A stretch of DNA of 63,881 nucleotides, the filler included. It is 7 parts of 7 records of this genome, joined end to end, with 100 filler letters (N's around TTAATTAATTAA, not from the genome) between each part and the next. Parts side by side here need not be neighbours in the genome. Positions count along the whole stretch, not along the records: positions 31,310 to 50,992 come from SRR2962707_4518; positions 51,093 to 58,559 come from SRR2962707_4532; positions 58,660 to 63,881 come from SRR2962707_4555; 4 more parts are not named here. One strand, given 5' to 3'. Below the pieces are notes generated by a model, which saw only the letters and a list, made by a program, of their open reading frames with translations, was not told the origin of the DNA and ran no database searches. Position 1 is the first letter of the stretch; every line of letters starts with the position of its first letter. A program made the translations under genes and the position numbers. Of the stretch, positions 49,031-58,940 are shown one piece after another.

Positions 49031-50770
49031 ATGCCCAGCCCCCATAAGCTCACCATTGAATCCGGACACTTCAGTAGTGCCGGCCGAAAACCCGTCAACC
49101 AGGATTTCCACGGCCTGCTGATACCCGACAATCATCAGCGCCACAGCAAAGGCATTGCGGCGGTGATCGCCGATGGCATCAGCTCCAGCAATGTCAGCCA
49201 GGTAGCCAGTGAAGCGGCCGTGGCCGGCTTCCTGAGCGACTACTACTCGACCCCCGAGAGCTGGTCGGTGAAACAGTCGGCCGAACGGGTGCTGAGGGCA
49301 AGCAATGCCTGGCTGCACGCCCAGACCCGGCAAAGCCGATATCGCTACGATCAGGACCGGGGCTACGTCTGCACCTTCAGTGCGCTGGTGCTGAAATCCG
49401 CAACGGCGCACCTGTTTCATGTGGGAGACGCCCGTATATACCGACTTCAGGGCAATACTCTGGAACAACTCACAACCGACCACCGGGTCTGGTTGTCAGC
49501 CGAGGAAAGCTGCCTGAACCGAGCCCTGGGGCTGAGTCAGCAACTGGACATTGAGTATCGCAGTGTCGCACTGCACCAGAACGACGTGTTTCTGATGACG
49601 ACCGATGGTGTATACGAACAACTGTCTGCAGGGGATATCACCAGATGCCTTGCAGACGGCGGGGACAATCTGGATCACGCTGCCCGGACATTGGCCAACC
49701 TCGCACTGGAACGGGGCAGTGAGGATAACCTGACGGTTCAGGTGCTGCGGGTAACGCGATTGCCTTGCCGGGTACAATATACCAGCGCCCAGGAGGCATA
49801 CCGGGAACTGCCCTTCGCACCCGAACCCACACCCGGCCAGGTATTGGACGGGTTTCGGATCATCAGGGCCCTGCATATCAGTAGCCGAAGCCACGTTTAC
49901 CTGGCCGTGGATGAAAGTTCCGGGAAACATGTGGCAATCAAGTTTCCGGCGATGGAGTTGCGGCAGTATCCGGATGAGCTGGAGCGATTTGTCACCGAAC
50001 GCTGGATTGCCCAGCGCGTGCAGAGCCCCCATGTGGTTGCCATCCTTGCCCCGGAGCGCCCGCAGAGTTGCCTGTATCTGGCTACTGACTATGTGGAAGG
50101 TTGTACCTTGCGGCAATGGATGCTTGATCATCCGCAGCCAGACCTGGAAACCGTGCGACAACTGGCCGAACAGATTGCCCGGGGACTCAGGGCCTTCCAC
50201 CGGCTGGAAATGGTGCATCAGGATCTGAAACCGGAAAATGTCCTGATCACACCCGATGACCGGGCCATGCTGGTCGATTTCGGAGCAACCCGGGTCGCCG
50301 GTCTTGAAGAAGCCGGCAAACCTGCCACTGACTATCCGGTTGGCGCAGCCCTCTACTCGGCGCCGGAACTGTTTCTCGGCGAGCCGGGCAGCTGGCAGTC
50401 GGACCAGTACGCCCTTGGCGTGATTGTCTATCAGCTGTTGACCGGGCACCTGCCCTACCACACCGATGTACCCCGCATCCGCACTCGCAAACAACTGCGG
50501 GCTCTGACATACCGGCCAGCCAGGGCCTGGCGTGAAGACCTGCCGCCGTGGCTGGACGCCACCCTGGCCCGGGCTACCCATCCGGAGCCCCATCGCCGCT
50601 ACCCGGCGCTATCAGAACTGCTCTACGAACTCCGACACCCCGGACGAGACTGGCGTGCCCGACACCATCCACCTCTCATGGAGCGGCATCCGGTGCGTTT
50701 CTGGCAAGGCGTCTCGGCCCTGCTCCTGCTGGCGCTATTAACCTCCCTCGCCGGTGGCTCCTGGAACTGA
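49031..50770 (+). CDS. Bifunctional PP2C phosphatase / Hanks-type Ser/Thr kinase with C-terminal TM helix
   Basis: PP2C motifs NQD, IADG, HVGDARIY, LTTDH, RALG, TDGV and DNLT. Kinase motifs VAIK, HQDLKPEN, DFG, APE and SDQYALG. Confidence 0.92.
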   Translation: MPSPHKLTIESGHFSSAGRKPVNQDFHGLLIPDNHQRHSKGIAAVIADGISSSNVSQVASEAAVAGFLSDYYSTPESWSVKQSAERVLRASNAWLHAQTRQSRYRYDQDRGYVCTFSALVLKSATAHLFHVGDARIYRLQGNTLEQLTTDHRVWLSAEESCLNRALGLSQQLDIEYRSVALHQNDVFLMTTDGVYEQLSAGDITRCLADGGDNLDHAARTLANLALERGSEDNLTVQVLRVTRLPCRVQYTSAQEAYRELPFAPEPTPGQVLDGFRIIRALHISSRSHVYLAVDESSGKHVAIKFPAMELRQYPDELERFVTERWIAQRVQSPHVVAILAPERPQSCLYLATDYVEGCTLRQWMLDHPQPDLETVRQLAEQIARGLRAFHRLEMVHQDLKPENVLITPDDRAMLVDFGATRVAGLEEAGKPATDYPVGAALYSAPELFLGEPGSWQSDQYALGVIVYQLLTGHLPYHTDVPRIRTRKQLRALTYRPARAWREDLPPWLDATLARATHPEPHRRYPALSELLYELRHPGRDWRARHHPPLMERHPVRFWQGVSALLLLALLTSLAGGSWN

Positions 50771-50877
50771 GCCTTGGGCCATTTATTGCCCGGCCAGCAA
50801 AAGCTCGCCCGCCCGCCAAGCAACGCCTTGCCCGAAGACACTCAGATATCGCCCGCAGGCCACGTAACCACTTGTTA

Positions 50878-50911
50878 TATCAATACATTCAATAACTGGC
50901 ACAGCAATTGT
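50878..50911 (+). promoter_or_regulatory. IHF-like site + sigma54-like promoter
   Basis: TATCAATACATTC (50878-50890) and TGGCAC-AGCAA-TTGT (50897-50911, with GT instead of GC at -12). Confidence 0.55.
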
Positions 50912-50977
50912 TATCTGTTATGCCGTCCAGGGAACATCCTTGGGACACTCATTCACAACATTGTCATGGAGCAGACT

Positions 50978-50992
50978 ATGCCAACTCCTTGT
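50978..50992 (+). CDS. hcp: First five codons of a probable T6SS Hcp tube protein
   Basis: GGAG RBS, then ATG CCA ACT CCT TGT = MPTPC, the N-terminus of Vibrio-type Hcp (MPTPCYISIEG). A sigma54-like promoter lies upstream. Confidence 0.5.
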
Positions 50993-51092
50993 NNNNNNNN
51001 NNNNNNNNNNNNNNNNNNNNNNNNNNNNNNNNNNNNTTAATTAATTAANNNNNNNNNNNNNNNNNNNNNNNNNNNNNNNNNNNNNNNNNNNN
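50993..51092. other. Artificial contig spacer
   Basis: 44 N + TTAATTAATTAA + 44 N. Confidence 0.99.
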
Positions 51093-51120
51093 CAGCAGCA
51101 GCAGCAGCAGCAGCAACAGC
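51093..51120 (+). repeat. (CAG)n microsatellite at the contig start, read as poly-Ser
   Basis: cagcagcagcagcagcagcagcaacagc. The AGC frame is open into the 51175 ORF. Confidence 0.85.
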
Positions 51121-54100
51121 AATCACAGCACGAGCAGCAACAGCCACATTATTCATGGCAACGGCAGCACGGAATTGTTTCGGCGGCAGCTTGCTATCCG
51201 TGCGATTGTTCTGAATGGAACAGCATCGCCAGGGGCCCAAGCCTCTAGTCATCAAAGCTTTGATGCGCAGTCCAGTTCCATCTCGTCTGTAGTGGTGAGC
51301 CAACTGCCGCAATGGGCACAGTCTCCTTTGTCCTCGCTGAGCTTCTTTGAGCTCGCCCAGCATTGCTTGGGTTCGGAACACCTTGGGCTTCGTGTTCGTC
51401 GACGGATCGTACTTATCTTGCTCATTTTACTTGGTTACGACGCGGATTGCGGAGATGTTGTCGGACCCACGTCGGCAGCAACGGATGAAGCGTTGGCCGC
51501 GGACCGTGAGGTGGTATCGGCCTGGAAGGCTGTACACCGTACAGTTTCCAAGGAGCGAAGATTCCGCCGAAAAAATCGACACAGGTTGCAGCCAGGGATG
51601 CCGACCATCATCCTTCCGAAGCTGGGGGACTGCCAAAGTTCCCAACTGCGCGCTGCTTTGCGTCTGCAATGTTTTTTTCACAGGCGATTTTTCGGACTGA
51701 ACACAGGTGTCGTTCAAACTCTTCTCGACGCGCTTTTCAGCCCTGCGACTGACACAGGGACTCGCCTTCTGTGAGTGAAGATGCCATGCGGTGTTCTTTT
51801 TTCTGCTTTTAGTTGTTGAATTCGCATAATGTTCTGCATGCCGCTGGACACCGCGGATCACGTTTTTCACTTTTGATGCACAGATTCATTCGGTTGCTGT
51901 GTCTGCTGGGGACTGAAAATGACGTATGCGACCGCCTCGTCGCGGTTGGCGCTTTCGACGCGATGTCAACCGCTCTAAATGAGTTCAACAAGCACGTTCA
52001 GCTCGATGTTCTTCAATCAATCTGCCGGTTAATAATGCACAGACAGGAAGACCAAGCTATCTTTAATGCTGACACAGGTCGGCATCAGAAGCGGACGGCT
52101 GGACTTACGCATCTGAGACAAAACAAATCAAAAGCATTTTTGCGGGAGCGTAATGAAACGCCCCGCGTGCGGAATCTGCGCATGTGTCTCGCATCACAGC
52201 TCGCGCCAACGCTGTTCTTCAAGATCATTTCTAATGACGCTGTTTTGTTTCGCCAAATGAAGCCTTTCGACGCGCCTTCGAAGCGAGGCAGCGACTGTGA
52301 CGAGCACTTTTCGCCAACACATTGCAAGAGTTGGAACTCCTACGCTCACTGTCTTCTTGCTAAATTGGCTGTAGACATCCTTGCAGATGTCGCTTTGACA
52401 GACTCGTCGTGTTATATTTTGAGCAGACTCATCTTGCCTGCACTACCACAATCTGACGCAAAGTTGAAATCGAGGTCGAATACGCTGCCAAGGCAAGATG
52501 CCACGCAGTCAATCACTACCGCGACTCACATACTCTTCCAGCGTCTGGCCGATAGTATTTCGTTGCTGCGCGATTCGTCGTTCAAGCGACATGGAAACAG
52601 GCTTATGTCGACTTCGCGACCATGCGAGTACGACTTGCGTAGCCCCGCAATCTATCATTCCCATGATACGATGGTGCGCGCTCGCATATTTGGGGCAATG
52701 CAGGTGCGCATTTTTTTCAATGTTCTTCACAACTGGCTGCGGGCAATTTCATGGTTGTGTTGGTGCTTAGTGTGCCTGCTTTCTGGTGAAATTGCAGGAA
52801 CGCTACTTTGATAGCTTGTGTTTGTTAGTTTGCCGAATCGTGGCCAGCGAACGAGCACGTTCTTTGGTGTTGCTTGGTCTCCCAGACGGAACACCCCCGA
52901 TTACAAACGCACTTCATGTTTTAGCTGAGGCTTTGCGCCAAACAGAATTCTTGAAGCAGGTCGCCCGAGGAAGAGCTGGCGCGAGCCAAGTTAGAGCTTC
53001 CCATCAAGCGAACGATTCGGCACGACAGCCAGTCTCGTCCGAATTGGATGGTAGCACGTACACATCGTCGTCGTTGCCATTCTCTTCGAGTCGCCACCTG
53101 GATGTGGTTTACAGTACTACGCAACTTAGTCTGCTGGTATCTGTAATTACGATGGAAACTGCAGCCCAGACGATGTTGTCTGATCTGCAGCGTGCACAGC
53201 TCAAAGGATACAGACCGATTTCAGATGCCCAATGCCCAGCAGATATCTTACCGCATGCTTTTGAGGCTACAAGGGCGTCATTAGTTAAAATATCAAGAGG
53301 CCCTTTTTCGCCGAGGCAAAAAGCGGAGGCGGTAGTACGGTTACAACATATGGGAATGGTCGACCATGTTGTTGCGCAGTTTCAGTCAGCACGATTACCG
53401 GCGTGGTGGATTCAGGTCGCACAATCACTATCACAGCTGCACTCGATTTTGTTTGGCTTTGCGACGGGCGCAGGAACCTCGGATACCGTGGCGCATGTGG
53501 GGGCCCATGCAGTCCGTCTGTGTTTTTATATCTTTGATGCGCACACTATTTCTCAGAGTCATTCAACTACTGAGGATCCAAAATCTTCAATGCCACAAGA
53601 AACCCGCCGTCATCAGCAGCAACCAAAGCAGTATAGCTTTATTTACCCAATGTACTGTGTTGAACTCGCACTTGAAATGGCAAACTTCCTGGCTTTGCGG
53701 TCACCAGGGGCCTTGTTGCTGATTGACGCAGATGCCCTTCACGTCACGCGACGACACTGGGCCGGAAAGTGTATTGCATCCAGTGGTCAGATTGTAAAAG
53801 TCACGCTTCAAGACACTGTTGAGCCAGTCTTCGTGGAGTGCCAACGACATTTTGTCCGCGCGTTTTCTGAGTTTCACGCCCCCCCTGGCTCTGTTTCGCG
53901 ATCCGATTGTCTCTCAAAAGTCGCCGCTCAGTTCCTGCGGAGCGCGTCAGTTGAATCTCTTACCAACCAGCAACTTGAAGCACTGCGATTATTTCATGGA
54001 TCGTTGTCATCCCGTCCTCGACGAGACGTGGAGGAGCATTTGACCCATCTGGGTCACATTCGTGAGGGAGAAAATGTTGTTGTTCATTCTCCAACCCAAA

Positions 54101-57100
54101 AGGGGCGAGTGCACAAAATTGTCCCCTCGCCACTGTTGGTGTCGATGGTTAACTTCTCCTTGGTACTTCAACCTGGCCTCGGCCCCATACGACACGAGCA
54201 TGTCACACTTGACGGGCTCATCAACTCAATTCTTGTCTCGTTAGCGGTTGTCTGCAACAGTGATGGGTTTTTAAACAGTCTTCGATCGGCTTTAGACTCG
54301 GTGTGTGCCGGGAAAGTGGCGGAAATCTATCGAAACCAGGGAAGCCCGGCTGCAAAGCGCACGTGGCTCATGGTGCTGCTACGACGGCACTGTCACCGCC
54401 ACGCGATGGACATTTCAGACGAGCGTTTGGATGGCGTCCGCGTTCAGTCCCGCTCTGGGAATCCAGAATTGCTCGTGACCTCTGATGCTCTGCAGGCTGT
54501 ATACGCGCTGGACGCACTTCGCAACTGGCCGTGTCTTTCAACTGGCCGTGAAGCCAACAGAGCTGGAGAAGCACACTTTATATCCGTGGCAGTTCGATTT
54601 TCGCATGTCCTTCAAGTGTATGTGAAGGATGCTGACGGATACTTGAGTAGCAAGTCTGGACTGGCGGGCGGAGCGTCTACATTGCGTGCATTATCTGCAG
54701 CACAAGAGCTCTCCGCTTTGCTCCTATCACTTGCGAAATTTGCTGAGGAAGACTCGCGCATAGCGTTCCATATCGCGTCGCGACTTAAAGAGGAGGTCCT
54801 TGCTGTTTTGAAGCTACGCGCCTCGTTCGTGCCTATTCACCGCTGTTGCAGTATCCTGCTGCGGGAGCTTACCAAACGCCCTTGCGGGCTTACCCTTTGG
54901 CTGCAACCTCAGGTGGGTGCACCAGTGCACCAGTCAGATTCAAAGTTTGCTGCAGAGACATATCATCAAAGGCTCTTTGCGGCGAACACACCACTTTACG
55001 ATTCGAGCGGATGTTGCGCTCTGCAAGTGATGCTCCACCCCATATCAATCGGACGATTGGGTGTTTTACAGCAGGCGCGGCGCGTCATCCATGACGTGGA
55101 GGGGGCTTTGCCTCAAGGAGGTAGTAACGGCGGTGCTCCTCTGCACAGCCTGAGCATGGCGCAAAACGAATTGTTTGCTCATTTTTCAGCAGGTCAAAAG
55201 TTTGGGCCGGGCTTCATTGATTTCATATCTGTCGTAAACCGTGGGTTTTCTCTGCTTCATGGCAATGATAAGAAGTGGAATTCAGGAGAGAGACCAAAAC
55301 TTGTGGACGACTTTACGCTGAGTTCGTGGTTTCGCATACCACCACCGCCGGCCGAACGTGGATCCTCCTCACGTGAAGCCCCACCACAGTCAAAGTGGTC
55401 ATGGCGTTTGGCTCGAGTTGAAAGTGTCCACGGAGATGGACAAGACCTTTCGGTTGTTCTTGTTCCTGGCGCGAGTTACAGCTCAGCGGCGGCCACCGAC
55501 TGGCCTGTTGTGCTGTTACCTGCCTCAGGAAAAGGCTTAACACCAAGCAAACGCACAGTACTTACAATGCGATACCCTCGCCGAGAGACGCTTAAAACAA
55601 AACATGTCAGCGGCCGCACGGGAGGTAGTGGGACAATTGACCCAGGCCGCGCTCACATTGCACAACCGCGCGGCTTCGTTGAATCCGAAACAAATGCTAC
55701 GCTGGAGACATCTGCCAAAAATAAGAATTTCGGTTTTGGCACTTTTCAAGACTCATCTACACAAGGGTCAGCTCCCGCAAACCACAGTGCTGAGCCAAAA
55801 CACGGCAGTGCAGGGTCGTTCCGCTTCTTGGCTTTGCGTTGGCTCGAGGTTGATGGAGAGGAAGACCATTCCGTGGCGCACAGCGACAAGGCGACGTCCG
55901 GTGTCAATGGATGGCAATTCGGCTATCAAGGCCTTGATGGCGTCTTTCGGGGTTGCTCAATTCCACGAACAACGTTTTCTAAGCATTCCAGCAACGGTGA
56001 AAACAGACGCAGTGGTAACATCGCTTCGACAACCCCTTCGGCTGCGCAGTCGAAGCCAAGTCTTGGCAACGCCGCGATGCGAGAGCAACCGGTGATTGTG
56101 ACCGCAAATGGAGTTGTTTCTCCAGAAACTCGTTCGCCAGGTTCGACGCGTACATCGTTTCACAAGGGGGACTTTGTGTATGTCAAGGTCTTCTCACAGC
56201 AAAGTGAACAAATCGACGCACCGCTACATGCAGGCAAGATCGCTCGCCTGCAGGATGGCGGGGAGTTGCGCTGCCAGCGGTGTGAGGTGCTGGATGCACG
56301 ATGGCATTTTTTAAAACTTGAGTGCAGTTTTTCAAATACAGCGGCATCGCATGCACCGGGCGAAGCAGCGCGTCACAGTGCGTCTGCAGGACACCAAGGT
56401 ACCGATCAAACTTCATCACGTGACCGTGTGACGTCAATCAAGGTGTACTGCGACAACCTTGTTGAACCAATCGGATCTGTTCGTATTCCAGGAGCAGCTC
56501 CTGGAGCCGCGAAGAGTGCTGCTCTCCCACCATCGGTGTCGAGCACAAAGTCGAGCGCGGTACAGAAACCGCAAACTCAGGGAATTGAGATTGTTGGAAT
56601 TGGAAACATTGGTCCACATGGTCTCGAACCTTCTTGCGACCTCGCGGATTTGAGGTTGTACGACCGTGTCAGCAACGTCTCTTCATCAACGCTAACTTTA
56701 GAGTGGCAGGCGCGCGTTGCGCAAGAGATGGCTGTGGATACCGCTCACAACACTGATGATGTGAGGAGTGTACTTGGATCGTGCGCTGTATGGACTGCAT
56801 CGCGTGTCAATGTTTCTGGCCATACACTGAACCAAAACCAAACAGAGTGCTATCTCTTGTCCGGTGCGCGGCTCGTTGATCGACGCGGGCACACTTTTGA
56901 AGTCAGACTCCATGACGACGAGCTTCATATTGTTAACACTGCGTGGGTGATTCCATTGGCTAGTTCGACAACACAACGCCAATTGCGGGCAGGGATTTGC
57001 GAGTGGGTCGAAAAGCTTGACACAATGCACACGGGCCGGCGAAGACTTCAACAAGGCCGCACCATGGTGTGGACCGCATGGATGCCTGTAGTGCGAAGCA

Positions 57101-57915
57101 CATTTGACCCAACTGCTGGAGAAGTATTTTACGACTTATATGGGGAGCGTTGGGTCTGGGTCGCAGTGCTTGGGCTGAGTGAACACACCACCACCAAAGA
57201 TGACGGCAGACACTTTCTACGAGTTACTGCCAAGCGAGTTTCGTGTGGCTCAAGGCCAACAGGATGGTCTTGGGTACTTGGTAGGACGGATTGGGAAATG
57301 GACAGAGTTCGCAGTTCAGATACCACCGTCCATTGGTCTTGCCATTTGCGGGGTGACACTCTTTCCATGGAAAATTCCACGACTCACCGTTCCCCCACTG
57401 CCAATGTTGGCTTTCTTCATGGAAGACCTGAGCGTTGGGGTCTTTCGTTTCATCGCCAAGACCCTAACCACGGAGCTGCGCCAGCGACAGCACACTATGA
57501 CTATGAACTTTTCCACGGGCAACTGACTTGGGCGGTACCACAAGCACAATCTGTTCATCGTCGCCGGATTGCGCGCGAATTAGGCACTCTAACACAAACT
57601 CGGTGTGTGTTGTTAAACCACCAGCTGCTCAACGCCATGCTACGGGTGTTGTCTGCTGGCGGTGGGCGAGCCCAATCCACGGGACTCGTGTCATGCGACA
57701 TCGAGGTTGCTGAACAGCTTGTCGAGGCGCTAAGCTGCTTGTTGATGGTGGACACTACTGCCAAATGGGACATCGTTGCAAACAAAGGTTACCTTTCAAC
57801 AATATTTAAGGTCAAATACTCTCCTCGATACCATCAGCATTGGATTGCCCACATTGATGTACCCGGCAGCAAGTTTGAACGCGCTTTGGAGGAGGCTTTG
57901 CGGACAATTTTATAG
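51094..57915 (+). CDS. Eukaryotic spliced gene, >2200 aa, 5' partial (exons <51094-51770, 51884-52703, 52798-57915); helical/ARM-like with a possible interrupted LamG domain
   Basis: Introns 51771-51883 (GTGAGT...GCACAG, phase 2) and 52704-52797 (GTGCGC...TTGCAG, phase 0) join three ORF-track ORFs exactly in frame (6615 nt total). Domain calls are tentative. Confidence 0.72.
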
Positions 57916-58051
57916 CCAGCAGAAACAAGATCATCGGTCCCAATTTTTCTGGAATTAACATTACAATAACCCAAAAACGTAGATGTTGTGACGCACTGCA
58001 TGTGACATAAAGGCGAATGGGGGGAAAATACCATGCCGAGGTTTCCCCCCC

Positions 58052-58506
58052 TCACGTGATCGTGTTCATAGCTTTCGCTGCTTTGCAGCCGCCGCGGTGA
58101 CCGCCTAAAGCATTGCCACTCAAAAATGATTGACCGCATCCTCCGCAAACGTGCAAGCTTTTCTGTTTCCTTGCGTTTTGTGCCGCAAGCTCAACTCGAC
58201 TAAGCTCGTCGCTCTCGTTTTCTTCTTCCTCCTCAAGCTCTTCTCCGTTCCCCATTTCATCTAACTCAGGTTGGGAATCACAGCTCACGGCTTCGATGCG
58301 CTCAACCATCGTTTTAGGATTCTGCCAAAGTGCGAGACATTTGCGCTCTGGCGCGCAACCGCAAAGTCGATCATGGTGGCGCAAACAAGTCAACTTTGTT
58401 GGTTGGCATGTGCACAGGACCGCAACGAACACAATGCGTTGCTTGCAATGACAACATTCCCTTGACACATCTTTGTTTTCAGGAGCAGGCATGCTTTGGT
58501 CCATGC
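58052..58506 (-). CDS. Terminal exon of a eukaryotic gene with a KDM5/JARID-type C5HC2 zinc finger and an ALGGH-type zinc finger
   Basis: CCHC-x10-CTC-x6-CLRH-x4-CGC..RKCL, an acidic linker, then HVCGGCGQSFLSGNALGGHRGGC. Acceptor TGTGTAG at 58507-58513 downstream of a poly-T tract. Confidence 0.75.
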
Positions 58507-58559
58507 CTACACATTGGCATTGCGAAATCAAAGACAGTTTCAAAAAAAAAAAAAAAAAA

Positions 58560-58659
58560 NNNNNNNNNNNNNNNNNNNNNNNNNNNNNNNNNNNNNNNNN
58601 NNNTTAATTAATTAANNNNNNNNNNNNNNNNNNNNNNNNNNNNNNNNNNNNNNNNNNNN
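58560..58659. other. Artificial contig spacer
   Basis: 44 N + TTAATTAATTAA + 44 N. Confidence 0.99.
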
Positions 58660-58672
58660 GCTCTTCCGATCT
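58660..58672 (+). other. Illumina adapter remnant
   Basis: GCTCTTCCGATCT exactly at the contig start. Confidence 0.92.
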
Positions 58673-58673
58673 A

Positions 58674-58757
58674 GACAAGTACATGAACTCTCGGGGTGAC
58701 AAGTACATGAAAGGCGGTGGCGATAAATACATGAAACGAGGCGGTGCTGGGTTGTAA
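58674..58757 (+). repeat. 24-nt-period coding repeat, probably the 3' end of a gene (DKYMNSRG DKYMKGGG DKYMKRGG AGL*)
   Basis: gacaagtacatgaa twice plus gataaatacatgaa at 24-nt spacing. Differences within DKYM are synonymous. TAA at 58755-58757 is followed by AT-rich sequence. Confidence 0.6.
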
Positions 58758-58940
58758 TGAGCAAGTCCCGAACAAGCAACCACTTGCTTGGGCTTTGTTG
58801 AAATTGTGTGAATGAAAATAAATAATTATTGTAAAGTCTGCGTTTCTTTGCAACCCTGGGCTTCAGCAGCCATCTTAAAATCGTCCCCTTACACCTGACG
58901 CAGTCGCCTAACACTTCATTTCGGTTGCTCTGGCAAACGT

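Noticed and set aside
49031..50992. PP2C-kinase as T6SS PppA/PpkA because an hcp-like start follows
   Set aside because: It sits in the nitrogen-regulated FNT transcript, and the hcp-like gene has its own promoter. PppA and PpkA are normally separate proteins.
52786..57915. 1709-aa ORF as a viral polyprotein, retroelement or giant-virus gene
   Set aside because: I found no RT, RdRp, integrase, protease or capsid motifs. It splices in frame to upstream exons like a nuclear gene.
58542..58559. Poly-A as an mRNA tail or retro-element end
   Set aside because: It is 600+ nt past the + strand gene and upstream of a minus-strand exon. It reads better as an intronic poly-T run that broke the assembly.
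58674..58745. gacaagtacatgaa repeats as a mini-CRISPR
   Set aside because: The period is only 24 nt, variation is synonymous in one reading frame, there are no cas genes and the context is eukaryotic.
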